Shown here in pieces: positions 1-12,600 of a stretch of 64,000 bases of DNA; within the stretch, counting starts at the first letter, position 1; each line of letters starts with the position of its first letter. Where the stretch lies: assembly GCF_036365525.1 (NCBI RefSeq), contig NC_090393.1, positions 51,212,904-51,276,903 on the forward strand. The letters are read 5' to 3'. Origin of the DNA: Heterodontus francisci (taxonomy: Eukaryota). A program made the position numbers and the translations under genes. The notes beneath the pieces are model-generated. The model was not told the origin of the DNA, made no database searches, and saw only the letters and a program-made list of their open reading frames with translations.

Positions 1-534
1 TGAGAGAATCTCAATCTGGCACTGTGCAATGAAATCAGATTTTGCTGTCAAAATAATAGCAAGGCTACTTGCATTTGCCATTATTTATACACTAATGGTA
101 CAGCAAATTTAGGAGATCAGCAGATGCATGTTTAAACATGGATATCTAAAAGTTGCTGTCCGAGTTTCCCCGTCATTAGCTTTGCGAAAATGACATCTCA
201 ATATCTGCCTCACCATTCAAATACATTGAATAGCTTTACTTGTGCGGTAGGTACAAACTAAACTCGCTATAGACAGATAGGTCTTATCTATTTCAGTCTA
301 AGTACTCTTTTAACAACATGATAATTGAACTTGCTACACAATCTCTCTGGCACTGAAAATTAACTATTACAAGTATGAAGTCTCATTCCTTCAGGCATTA
401 ATTGCTCTTAGAGATTTTTAAAATGTCAAATTTTAAGTTTTTTTTAACTGTTGCTTTCTATCTTTTTTCTCTCTCTTAATTAATTCTTTCTTTCCCTCCT
501 TTTATTTCTCTTTCTATACCTGATTTGACAAATG

Positions 535-920
535 TTACCTTGATGCCTCAGCTCTGGAATTCAACTCTTTTATCAATGTTTGGTCCAAGGCTGTAATGAG
601 GGCTGGAGCTGAGTGGCCCTGCCAGTACCTAAACTGAGCATCAGTGAGCAGGTTATTGCTGAGTAAGTGCCACTTGACAGCATTGTCGATGACACCTTCC
701 ATCATTTTGCTGGTGATTGAGAGTAGACTGATGGGGTGGTAATTGTCCGGGTTGCATTTGTCCTGCTTTTTGTGGACAGGACATACCTGGGCAATTTTCC
801 ACAATGTTGGGTACATGCCAGTTTTGTAGCTGTACTGGAACAGATTGCTAGGGGCACAGCTAGTTCTGGAGCACAGGCCTTCAGTCCTGCAGCCAAGAAG
901 TTGTCAGGGTCCATAGCCAT
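535..920 (-). mobile_element. Non-LTR retrotransposon RT fragment (degenerate)
   Basis: WKIAQVCPVHKKQDKCNPDNYHPISLLS matches the conserved pre-RT WK.A...P..K...NYRPISL motif. Confidence 0.75.
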
Positions 921-949
921 TGGTCTGGATCTTCTAGAATTCCTTAGAT

Positions 950-2376
950 TCTAGAACAGTTCCCAAGGGAGGTAGCAAGCATAATTCCGCTATTTAAGAA
1001 AAGGTAAAGAGAGAAAATGTGGAATTATAAGCCAGATAGTCTAATATCAGTAGTTGACAAAATGCTAGAATCTATTATTAGGGACATGTAACAAAGCATA
1101 AAGAATATAATATGATTATGCAGAGTCAACATGATTTAATGAATGGGAAATCGTGTTTGACAAATCTGTTGAGTTTTTTGAGGATATAACTAGTAGGAAT
1201 GATAAAGGGATGTAGTGCTTCAAAAAGAATTTGATAAGGTGCTACACAAGAGGATATTATACAAAATTAGGACTCAATGGGATTGGGGGTAATATCTTAG
1301 CATGGATTGAGGATTGGTCAATGGACAGAAGAGAGAGTAGGAATAACCGGGACTTTTTCAGGTTGGCAGGCTGTAATTAGCCAGACACCCAAGGATCAGT
1401 ACTTGGGCCTCAGCTATTTACAATCTATTAATGACTTAAATGAGGGGACTGAGTGTAACATATCCAAGTGTGCTGATGATACAAAATTAGGTGGGAAAGT
1501 TGGTGGTGAGGAAATGCAAAGAGGCTGCCAAGGAATATAGGCAGGTTGGATGAATGGGCAAAAACATGGCAGATGAAATACAATGTGGCACAGTGTGAAG
1601 TTTCTACTTTGGTAGGAAAAATAATAAAAAGCAGAATATTTTTTGAATGGTGAGAGACTGGGAAGTACGTGCATTCAGAGGGACCTGAGTGTCCTTGGAC
1701 AGAATGACAGAAAGTTAACATGCAGGTACAGGAAGCAATTAGGAAGGCAAATGATATGTTGGCTTTTGTTCCAAAGGGCTTAGAGTATAAGAGTAAAGAA
1801 GTCTTACTGCAATTGTACTGGGCATTGGTGAGGCCACACCTAGAGTATTGTGGACAGTTTTGGTCTCCTTACCTAAGGAAGAACATACTTGCCCTAGAGG
1901 GAATGCAACAAAGATTCACCAGACTGGTTTCTGGAATTAGGGGATTGTCCTATGAGGAGAGATTGAGTTGACTAGGCCTATCTTCCCTGCAGTTTAGAAG
2001 AATGAGAAATTATCTAATTGAAACATAAAATTCTTAACGGGCTTGACAGATACTAAGAAGATGTTTCCCCTGGCTGGGGAATCTTGAACATGTGGTCCCA
2101 GTCTCAGAATAAGGGGTTGGCCATTTAGATGAGAAGAAATTTCTTCACTCAAAGGGTTCTGAATCTTTGGAATTTTCTGCCTAGAGAGCTGCAGATACTC
2201 AGCCGTTGAATATACTGAAGACTGAGGTTGATAGATTTTGGATATTAAATGAATTAAAGGGTATGGAAATAGTATGGGAAGATGGAGTTAAGATAGAAGA
2301 TCAGCCATGGTCTTGTTAAACAGTGAAGTAGGCTCACAGGGCCAAATGGCCAACTCCAGCTTCAATTTCTTATGTT
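950..2376 (+). mobile_element. 5'-truncated degenerate CR1 LINE
   Basis: ISKCADDTKLGG and [19 protein letters not shown]1 ORF2 motifs; CR1-type 3' UTR ending ttcttatg. Confidence 0.85.
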
Positions 2377-2599
2377 TTTATGTGGCAAAATATTCTGTAT
2401 CCCAGCAATAACATTCCTCTCTTTTATCTTTGATGAACACAAGAATAGTCGAATCCAGGGGAAAAGGGAGGTACTTCCTACAGTGAATTTAGATTTGTAT
2501 GTATGTGGGCAAAGGACTGTCTACAGCTTAGACATTCATTGCTTGATCATCAAAGTTATTCATTGGCTATAAATGAAGCACTAAATACAGTTCTAATCA

Positions 2600-2900
2600 C
2601 CTTGACATAAGAGTGTCAAATCTTAAAATTAGATTTAGGCTATTTAGGGGTGAAATCCAGAATCACTTTTTCACACAAAGGGTGGAAGAAGTCAGGAATT
2701 CTCTTCCCAAAAAGGCTGTGGATGCTGGGTCAATTGGCACTTACGAAACTCAGATGGCTAGATTTTTGTTAGACATGGGTATCAAGGGATATGGAGCTAA
2801 GGCAGGTGAATGAATTTGCAGTACACATCATCCATGATCTAATTGAATGATGGAGCAAGCTCAAGGGGCTGAATGGCCTACTCCTAATTCTTATGTTCCT
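2600..2900 (+). mobile_element. CR1 3'-end fragment
   Basis: FFTQRV...NSLP C-terminal motif followed by the gggctgaatggcctactcct...ttcttatgttcct tail. Confidence 0.75.
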
Positions 2901-3517
2901 AATGGTGTCCATTCAGGCCCAAATGATGCCTAACATGAGAGAAACGGTGTTGGAAGGTAGAACTATAAGGAAACGTAAGATAAACTAGGACTCCACTGCC
3001 TCAACCAAAATCTCAGAGGGGACCTTACAGAGGCTTAGAAGCAATGAAGCTGCATGGGTACCCAATCCGGAATGTACCACACTGTGCAATAAACAGGCCG
3101 CACATCACAAACATTACCTTCAACTGTGTGCAGCCGTGTAGCAATCTTAAAGGGACTATGCTGTGAAACAAGCAGACTGTATGCAAGAAAGAAAAATTAG
3201 GGGAACATTGCTTAGAAAGTATTTAATGTAATAGATAAAATAAATCTGGAACTGTACATGAGGAAACACGTTTTTACACAGAGGCTGATCAATATCTGGA
3301 TCAGGTTGCCAGGAAATGTGGTTAACCCCAGGATACAAGACTCATTTAAGAAACAACTAAATGCTGTAATAGGAAGATGATAGGTATTCTGAAAGATTGA
3401 GATCAAATGACTCCAAGGTTCTCTTCATCCTCACCTATCTTGCGATCTTAACAAATACTAATTATATCATAGAGCAATGACTGTACTTATGAACGATAAC
3501 ATTTTCTCCAAATACAG

Positions 3518-3616
3518 TACCACCTGAAGGTTCTTTTGCTGCTGATCATTGTCTCGGCGATGGGAGGAACACTCCAGCATGGACTCAATATGTCGATCAT
3601 TAATGTACCATCAGTT
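3518..3616 (+). CDS. slc2a11: SLC2A11-like exon (TM1): [33 protein letters not shown]
   Basis: atacag| acceptor and |gtgagt donor; 99 nt, phase 0-0. An in-frame TAA at 3497-3499 shows the upstream sequence is intronic. Confidence 0.85.
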
Positions 3617-6600
3617 GTGAGTAACATGCACCTTTATATTGCTCTATTATTGAGACATTAACAAAATGATACAGTTTAAAGCACCATTTAATTTTGTGGT
3701 CATATAGACCAACATTAAGCGCCTTACAGAGTTGAGTGCTAGCAAATGTCTTCATTTAGCATTCAAGCAGTAACACTGCTTCTGATAAGCAACTTAAACC
3801 ACCGCTGGTGGCAATGAATGTGACATCTGTGCCACTGTGCAAAATGTAGCCTGGAAGGAGACAGATCTAAATTGTTTATTTTACTTGGAAAATCTTTTGG
3901 ATGAGATGTTAAACTGAGGCCTTGTCTGCCCTTTCAAGTGGATGTGAAAGATCCTGCAGCACTATTGTAAGGAAGAGCAGGAAAGCTCTCCCCAGTGTCC
4001 CTGGCTAATATTTGTCCCTCAACCAATATCATTAAAACAAATTAACTGGTTATTATCACATTGCTGTTTGTGGGATCTTGATGTTCACAAATTGGCTGTC
4101 ATGGTCCTTACATTACAACAGTGAGTACACTTCAAGAAAACTACTTCATTGGCTGTAAAGTGCTTTGGGATGCCCTGAGATTGTGAAAGGCACTGTATAA
4201 ATGTAAGTCTTCCTTTCTTCTGTATCTCAGTGGCTGAGGGTATCAGCAATGATAGAATTCAGTGGACTTCACCCGCTTGCTCTCTTGTTGGGGAGTGGTG
4301 CACAGCGAAAGGGCCTAGAAACAAGCGTAACGAGGGTGTCACATAATGGCACAAGAGATGGGAAGATGTGAGTTTGTGCTTAGAATGCTCAAGATGTTGA
4401 GACCTGCCATTTTTCCACGGGAAGAATAGGAAAATGACCCCTTGGTTTGCTCATCCAACAAGAGAAGTGTTGACAGAGGCCTTGAAGTCAGCTGCTTGCC
4501 CAGCCACGCATGCTGCACTGAAACAGGTCTAAAGAAGCAGGCAGTTGGGAGAGCATAGAATAGAGCTTAGCAAGAGGAAGTCTTAACCTCAGCACTAAGA
4601 ACACCCCCTCCCCTTTCCTCGAACAAACAAATATTGATTTTAACACTACACTTTGCACTAATTGCAGTACATTAAGTATTTTATCAACGAGACTTGGCTG
4701 GAGCGTCATGGCACAGCAATGGAGGATAATGCAATGAAAGTGACCTGGTCGGCCATTGTGTCGGTGTATCCAATTGGAGCTGTATTTGGAGCACTAATTG
4801 CTGGACCTCTCTCAGTAAAACCTGGAAGGTAAGAGCACAGAAGTTTGTGAAAGGAGAATCATTCAGTTTTTATTGTCCTCGTTGCAGAAATACAATTTAG
4901 GGCCACCTGATTACCTGCTGTAAAACCTGTGTTAGACCTCTGAATTCTGCAATGTCATCTGCCATTACTGAACTGCACCAGAAATATGCTGGAAGCCATG
5001 TTGGCTCAGGCAACATTTAGTCACCTCATTGGCTTTTGGTAGAATGTTGATGCTGCATGTTTGCTGTGTTTGACTACATAACAACAGCACCAACAACAAC
5101 TCATCTTTATGTAGCACCTTTAACATAATAAAATGTTCCAAGGTGCTGTACAAAGGCAATGGAAAACAAAGTATGACACCGAACCACATAAGGAGATATT
5201 AGGTCAGATGACCAAAAGCTTGGTCAAAAAGGTAGGTTTTAAGGAGTGTGTTAAAGGAGGAGAGTGAGGTAGAGAGGCAGAGAGGTGTAGGGAGGGAATT
5301 CCAGAGCTTAGGGCTGGGACAACTGAAAGCACAGCCACCAATGGTGGAGCAATTAAAATCAGGGATGTTCAACAGGCCAGAATTAGGAATATAGGAACAG
5401 GAGTAGGCCATTCAGCCCATCAAGCCTGCCCCACCATTCAATACGATCATGGCTGATCATCCACTTCACTGTCTTTTCCCCACACTATCCTCATATCCCC
5501 TTCTGTCATTTGTATTTAGAAGTCTGTCAATCTCGGCTTTAAACATACTCAATGACTGAGCTTCCACAGCCCTCTGGGATAGGGAATTCCAAAGATTCAT
5601 AACCCTCTGAGTAAAGAAATTTCTTCTCACCTCTGTCCTAAGTGGCTTCCCCCTTATTTTGAAATTGTGTCCCCTGGTTCTAGACTCCCCAACCAGGGGA
5701 AACATCTTAGCTGCATCTACCCTGTCTATCCCTTTAAGTATTTTGTAGGTTTCAATGAGATCACCTCTCATTCTTCAAAATTCTAGAGAATACAGTCCCA
5801 GTTTCCCCAATCTCTCTTCATAGGACAGTCCCGCCATCCCGGAACAAGACAGTGAACTTTCGTTGTACTCCCTCTATGGCAATAATATCCTTCCTAAGGT
5901 AAGGGGATCAAAACTGCACACAGTACTCCAGGTACAGTCTAACCAAGGTTCTCTACAATTGAAGTCAGGCTTCACTACTCCTATACTCAAATCCTCTTGC
6001 GATAAAGGCTAACATACCATTAGCCTTCTTAATTGCTTGCTGCACCTGCATGTTAGCTTTCAGTGACTTATTGACAAGGACACCCAGGTCCCTTTGTACA
6101 TCTACACTTTCTAATCGCTTACCATTTAAGAAATACTCTGCACATCTATTCCTCCTACCAAAGTGGATAACCTCACATTTTCCACATTATATTCCATCTG
6201 CCACATTCTTGCCCACTCACTAAGTCATCCAAATCCCCTTGAAGCCACTTTGCTCATCCTCACAATATACATTCCCATCTAGTTTTGTGTCATCTGCGAA
6301 CTTGGAAATACTACATCTGATGCCCACATCCAAATGATTGATATATATTGTGAACAGCTGGGGCCCCAGCACTGATCCCTGCGGTACCCTACTAGTCACA
6401 GCCTGCCAACCCAAGAATGACTCGTTTATTCCTACTCTCTGTTTCCTGCCTGTTACCAATCCTTAATCCATGCCAGTATATTACCTCCTATCCCATGTGC
6501 TTTAATTTTGCTAACCAACCTCCTGTGGGAGACTTTATCAAAAGCCTTCTGAAAATCCAAGTATACTACTTCCACTGACTCCCCTTTATCAATTCTGTTA

Positions 6601-9600
6601 GTAACAGCGTCAATAAACTCCAACAGGTTCATCAAACATGATTTCCCATTCATAAATCCATGTTGACTATGCCCAATCAGATCATTATTATCCAAGTGTC
6701 CATTTATCATATCCTTTAGAATAGATTCTAGCATTTTTCCAATGACTGATGTAGGGCTAACATGTCTGTAATTCCCTATTTTCTCTCTCCCTCCTTTCTT
6801 AAATAGTGGGGTGATATTTGTGACCTTCCAACCTGCAGGAACCACTCCAGAATCTATAGAATTTTGGAAGATGATCACCAATGCATCCACTATCTCCTTA
6901 GCTACCTCTTTCAACATTCTTGGATGTAGAATATCAAGTCTTGGAGACTTATCAACCTTCAGCCCCATTAATTTCTCCAATACAACCTTCTTACTAATAC
7001 TAACTTCCTTCAATTCCTCATTCCCCCTAATCCTTTGGATCTCTAATTCTGGGAGATTTCTTGTATCCTTCTCAGTGAAGACAGACACAAAGTAATCATT
7101 TAGCTTTTCTGCCATTTCTCTATTCCCCATTATAAATTCTGCTGACTCTGCCTGTAATGGACCCATATTTGTCTTAGCCACCATCTCCTTTTTATGCACC
7201 TATAGCTGCTTTTACAGTCTGTTTTTATATTTTTTGATAGCTTACTTTCATATATTCTTCCTTTATCAGTTTCTTCATCCTCCTTTGCTGTATTCTAAAA
7301 TCCTCCCAATCCTCAGGTTTATTACTATTTCTGGCAACCTTATAGACCTTTTCTTTTAACCTTATACAATCCTTAACTTCCTTTGTTAATGATTGCTGTA
7401 TTCTAAAATCCTCCCAATCCACGGTTGACTGCCTTTACTTTTGGAGTTTTTGTGCCTTTACATTGCTGTAAACTATGTAATATTTCTTTAAAGACTATCC
7501 ATTGCATACATACTGTCATACTTTTTCATGTATTTTCCCGATCCACCTCAGCCAATTTGCCCCTCAATCCTTCATAATTTCCTTTGTTCAAATTTAACAC
7601 CCTGGCTTCAGATTGAACTACCTCACTTTCAAACATAATGTAAAATTCTATCATATTATGGTCACTCATTCCTAAAGGTTCTTTTACAACAAGATTATTA
7701 ATTAGCCCTTTCTCATTACATAATACTAGATCTAAAATAGCCTGTTCTCTAGTCGGTTCCTCAACATACTGTTCGAGAAAACCATCCCCAACGCACTCCT
7801 GGAACTTGTCCTCCACAGCATTAGTGCTCATTAGGTTTACCCAGTCTATATGCAGATTGAAGTCATCCATGATTACTGTATTACCCATGCTACATGCTTC
7901 TCTAATCCCCTGATTAATGCCATGACCCACACTACAACTGCTGTTTGGTGGCCTATAAACAACTCCTACCAATGTTTCCTGCCCCTTGCTGTTTCTTAGC
8001 TCCACTCAAACAGATTCCACATTTTGTTCTTCCGATCTGAGATCCTCCCTTACTAATATACTGATCCCATCCCTTATTATCAGCGCAACACCACCTCCTT
8101 TTCATTTTGGCCTGTCCTGCCTAAATATCAAAAATCCTTGAATATTCAGTTCCCAGTCTTGGTCACCCTGTAGCCATGTTTCCAGTATGGCAATTTTATC
8201 ACACTCATTTACCTCTATTTGGGCCTTTAAATCATTAAAATTAATGACAGCAGTTCTCTCAGTGGGCTGTGGGGCTGGAGGAGATTACAGAAATAGGGTG
8301 GGGAGAGGCCATGGAAGGATTTGAAAACAATGATGAGACTGTTAAAATGAAGACACTGCTTGACCGGGAGTCAATGTAGATCAGTAAGTACTAGGGTGAT
8401 CGGGGAACGGGACTTGGTGTGCGTTAAGACATGGGCAGCAGAGGTTTGGATGACCTCAAGTTTACAGAGAGTAGAATGTGGGAGACCAACCAGGATTGTG
8501 TTGAAATAGTCAAGTCTACAGGTAATGTAGGCATAAATGAGGGGTTCAGCAGCAGATGAGCTGAGACCAGGGTGTAGTCCAGTGATGTTACAGAGGTGGA
8601 AATAGGCGGGCTTAGTGATGGCACGGATATGTGGTCAGAAGCTCATCTTGGGGTCAAATATGACACCAAGGTTGCAAACAATCTGGTTTAGTCTCAGACT
8701 GTCACCAGGGAGAAGGATTGAGTCAGTTGTTAGGGAAGGGACTTTGGATCAGGGACCAAAAACAATGTCTTCAGTCTTCCTAATAATTAATTGGAGAAAA
8801 TTTCTGTTCATCCAGTATTGGATGTCAGATAAGAAGTCAGATAATTTAGCAAGAGCGGAGGAGTCGAGAGAGATGATGGTGACGTAGAGCTGAGCATTGC
8901 CAGCATACATGTGAAAACTAACGTTGTGCTTTTGGATGATGCTACTGAGAGACAGCATGTAAACAAGAAATAGAAGGTGGATAAGGATAGATCCTTAAGG
9001 GCTTACAGAGGAAATGGTGCAGGAGGAGGAAGGGAAGCCATTGCAAGTGATATTCTGGCTACAATTAGATAGATAAGAATGGAAACAGGTGAGTGCAGTC
9101 CCACCCAGCTGGACAACAATGGAGAGGCATTGGAGGAGGATGATGTGGTCAACTATGTCAAAGGCTGCAGACAGGTCGAGAAGGATGAGGAGGGGAAGTT
9201 TACCTTTGTCACAGTCACAGAGGATATATGATAAGAGCTGATTCGATACTGTGGCAAGGGTAGAATTGGAGAGATTCAATCATGGATATCCGGGAAAGAT
9301 GGGAATGGATTTGGGAGGTGACATGTTCAAGGACTTTGGAGAGGAAAGGGAAGTTGGAGATGGGGCAGTAGTTTGCAAGGATGGTGGGCTCAAGTATTCG
9401 TATTTTTGAGGAGAGGGTGATGACAGCAGATTGAAATGAGTGAGGGACAGTACCTGAAGAGAGAGAACCATTAACAATATCGGCTAACATGAGGACCAGG
9501 AGGGTAAGTTGGCTGGTCAGCAGTTTAGTGGGTATAGGATCAAGGGAGCAGGAGGAGAGTCTCATGGACCAGATGAGCTCAGAGAGGGTATGAGGGAAGA

Positions 9601-12600
9601 TAGGTGGGAAACTAGAGAAAATGCGAGTTCAGGGCTAGGGCAGGGGGAGAGTTTTCGAGGAGGTTTGACCCGGTGGGCTAATGGTAGGGAGGGATGAGGC
9701 AAAGGCAGCTGATTGGATGGTCTCGATCTTAGTGACAAATAAGTCCAAGAGCTTCTGACACTCATTGCTGGAAAGGAGGATGGAGGGGACAGGGAAAAGG
9801 GACTTAATAAGATGGTTTTCAGTAGAGAAAAGGAACAACAGTTATTACATGTCAAAAGTACTTCATTGCAAGAAGTGTTTGAGACTTTGCAACATGATAA
9901 GGTGGTATAAACATGCAAGTGACATTCGTACAAAAATTAGAAAATGCTGACCACTGTCGTGTCACAGAGTCTAAAAGAGAACTTGTGGAAGAGATTGCCA
10001 GTTGAAATCATGTATTGCCAAAAAATATTTCCAGTGATCTCACATAGGAGAGTAGAGAGAGAGGCAATTAAATTCAAAGGACCCCCATAAGGCTGAACTT
10101 AGAGGTCAGCTGAGTGTCTGACAGAAGGGAAACCCTCAATTAAGAGTCTCCAAACTAAGGGCAGGAATTTGCATTTGGGTTGGGACCCTGATGTCGGCTC
10201 AAACGCAGTTCCTGACCCCGCACCATGTCAGGAGCAGTCACCTGACATGGATTTTGCCTGGATTGGTCAATTAGTGGCCAGTGGGTGCACTAGCTGTACA
10301 ATTAAGCGGGTGGGCTCTCGAATTTGGAGAGGCCCTCCAGCACAGAAGGAGCTGCAGCCTGCTATTGCAGGTAAAGGAGAGACAGAGAGAGGACACCTCC
10401 ATCTTGAGGTGCCCTCACAGTACATGTAAAAGCTGCCGGACCACCATTGTGGAGGGGGAACCCCTGGTCTGCCGCCAGGAGGCCATCTCCAGACAGCTGC
10501 TCACGACATGGGGGTGGGGGGGCGGGGCGTGATCTGAAGGCTGACTGAAAAATTCCAGTTGGCCTCTGATCAATGGCCTTAATTGGTCTGTTAATTACCT
10601 TAACTAGCTACCCACTGCTTGCAGACAGGTAGCCATTCCACTCCCGATCAGGCCTTCCCCAAAGTGGCTCGGGGGCAGGATGGTGCTGGCAAACCGGCAC
10701 ACTGGCCACCGGCACGGAATTATGGCCCACCTGTTTCTGTTCCCGCACCCATCGGTCCACGAAAATATGCCCCGAGTTACTGAGAAATCTGCACAGGTAG
10801 AGTTTCTGTTTGCTGATGTGCCTACACTTCCCGAATTTAGGTAAGAGGCATGAAACCGTAAGGACGCACCCCACTTACCAAAATCCAAACAGCTAAGGCA
10901 CTGATTTACAGAGCCCAGGTTTAGGGATCTTGAACTATGTGCTGGGGTGATGCTCATATTTAACCAGCTATAATAGTGCAAGCCACAGCAGCACAGAGAA
11001 CTGGTAAATTACCCATTGCTTGTCCAACTAGGACTACCATACCCATTAGGGCATTGGCTTGTATGGTTATCTGGAGCTGATAGAAAGAATCACAGGCCCT
11101 GATAGATTCCACTTGTGAGCTAGACTGGCTGACAATCATAAACAGCACCACTGTATACCACAAATTTGTTTGGCCCAGGTATTGAGTGCCCCACAGTGAG
11201 ATGACTTGATTTTGCACTTGAATCATCAGCCACAGCATCTAAAAACCATCTGAACTTCAAAGAAATCTAATTTACCCTTCCCCCTCCCCCACAACCACAA
11301 GAAGGATAATCACTTGTTAGATAATGCATCATGGTGCATTCAATTCTATTGAATGGTTCCTTTCAAATCAAATATGTTGTGTTTCAGGAAGAACAGTCTG
11401 ATATTCAACAATATTTTGACGTTAGTGGCAGCTTTGATAGTGGGTTTCAGCAGGATGGCAAAATCCTTTGAGATGATCTTCGTGGCAAGGTTCCTGTATG
11501 GAGTAAATTCAGGTACAAGGAATGTTTCTTTGACTTTGTAAGCAACGCGGGAAGATTTTGATCATTTGTCATTTCTGATCCAGTTGTAAATGTGTCAAAT
11601 AAAACCCCATGGTGTCCCAGATTTTTCCAGGAATAGAGATCAAATGCAATATTCTGTTGCGTTTAAGATATTACAGTGCAAACGAAGTGGCCAGGGAAAA
11701 TCTGACCCCATAGACATAAAGAGGATGTATAATCAATGTATTAGCAATAAATCAGAATGGTTAACTATCTGGTCACTTGGGTTACCAGTAGTTAACTGAT
11801 ACCTTTGTTTGAAAGCATTGATTGAAGGCAGAGACAAATGTTTGACACCACCCCCCCCCCCCCTTCTGTGACAACATTAAACTCTCCCCTCCTGTGACAA
11901 CATTAAACTTCCCCCCTCCTGTGACAACATTAAACTCCTCCCCCCTCCTGTGACAGGTTAAGTAATGCTGTGATGTTTTCACGACACTGCCAAAACGCAA
12001 TCTCCTTTCACTTGAAGATGTTTGAAATTTTGAGTCTTTTATTTTTCCTCCTCATTTTCTTGTATTTGAGTGGAACTATTTGATGACTCAAGTTCTCTAT
12101 TCCTGTTGCCCTCTGGGTTATCAGTTGACTGCAGCATCACCGGCTCATTAACTCTCTCTGATGACTGATTCTCTTGCCTTTCTTCCAGTACCAATGATCT
12201 TCTGTTCCTTCTATCATCCCCTGATCAGTTTGGACAATGCATGATCACGGATATACTCTTTTCTCTCTCACTTCTCCATATCAGTTCTGGTTTTTAACCC
12301 AAGCTGATTCTCCAGGTTGAATGTCTTACAGATTTCTCACTCTGTAGTGTCTATCCTAATTCTCTGCTTGAATTGACCACTCTTGTTCCGCTCTCTCTCT
12401 CTCATTTTTTCCAAGTCTTTGGCACTAATTTGTGGCTTTACTGTACTTGGGAGGATAGGAAGTTGCATCTTCAACCTCCTTCCCATTAACAATTCACATG
12501 GGGCGAACCCATTCTGAAGTGGTGTAGATCGATAGCTTAACAATGCCAGTTGAAATTCTTCATTTTTCTCAGTAACATCTTCACTGTTCATACACCTCTC

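Noticed and set aside
1-3517. First coding exon or promoter of the transporter
   Set aside because: The region is mostly LINE fragments, and no convincing ATG-bearing exon with a phase-0 donor was identified. It probably lies upstream of the window.
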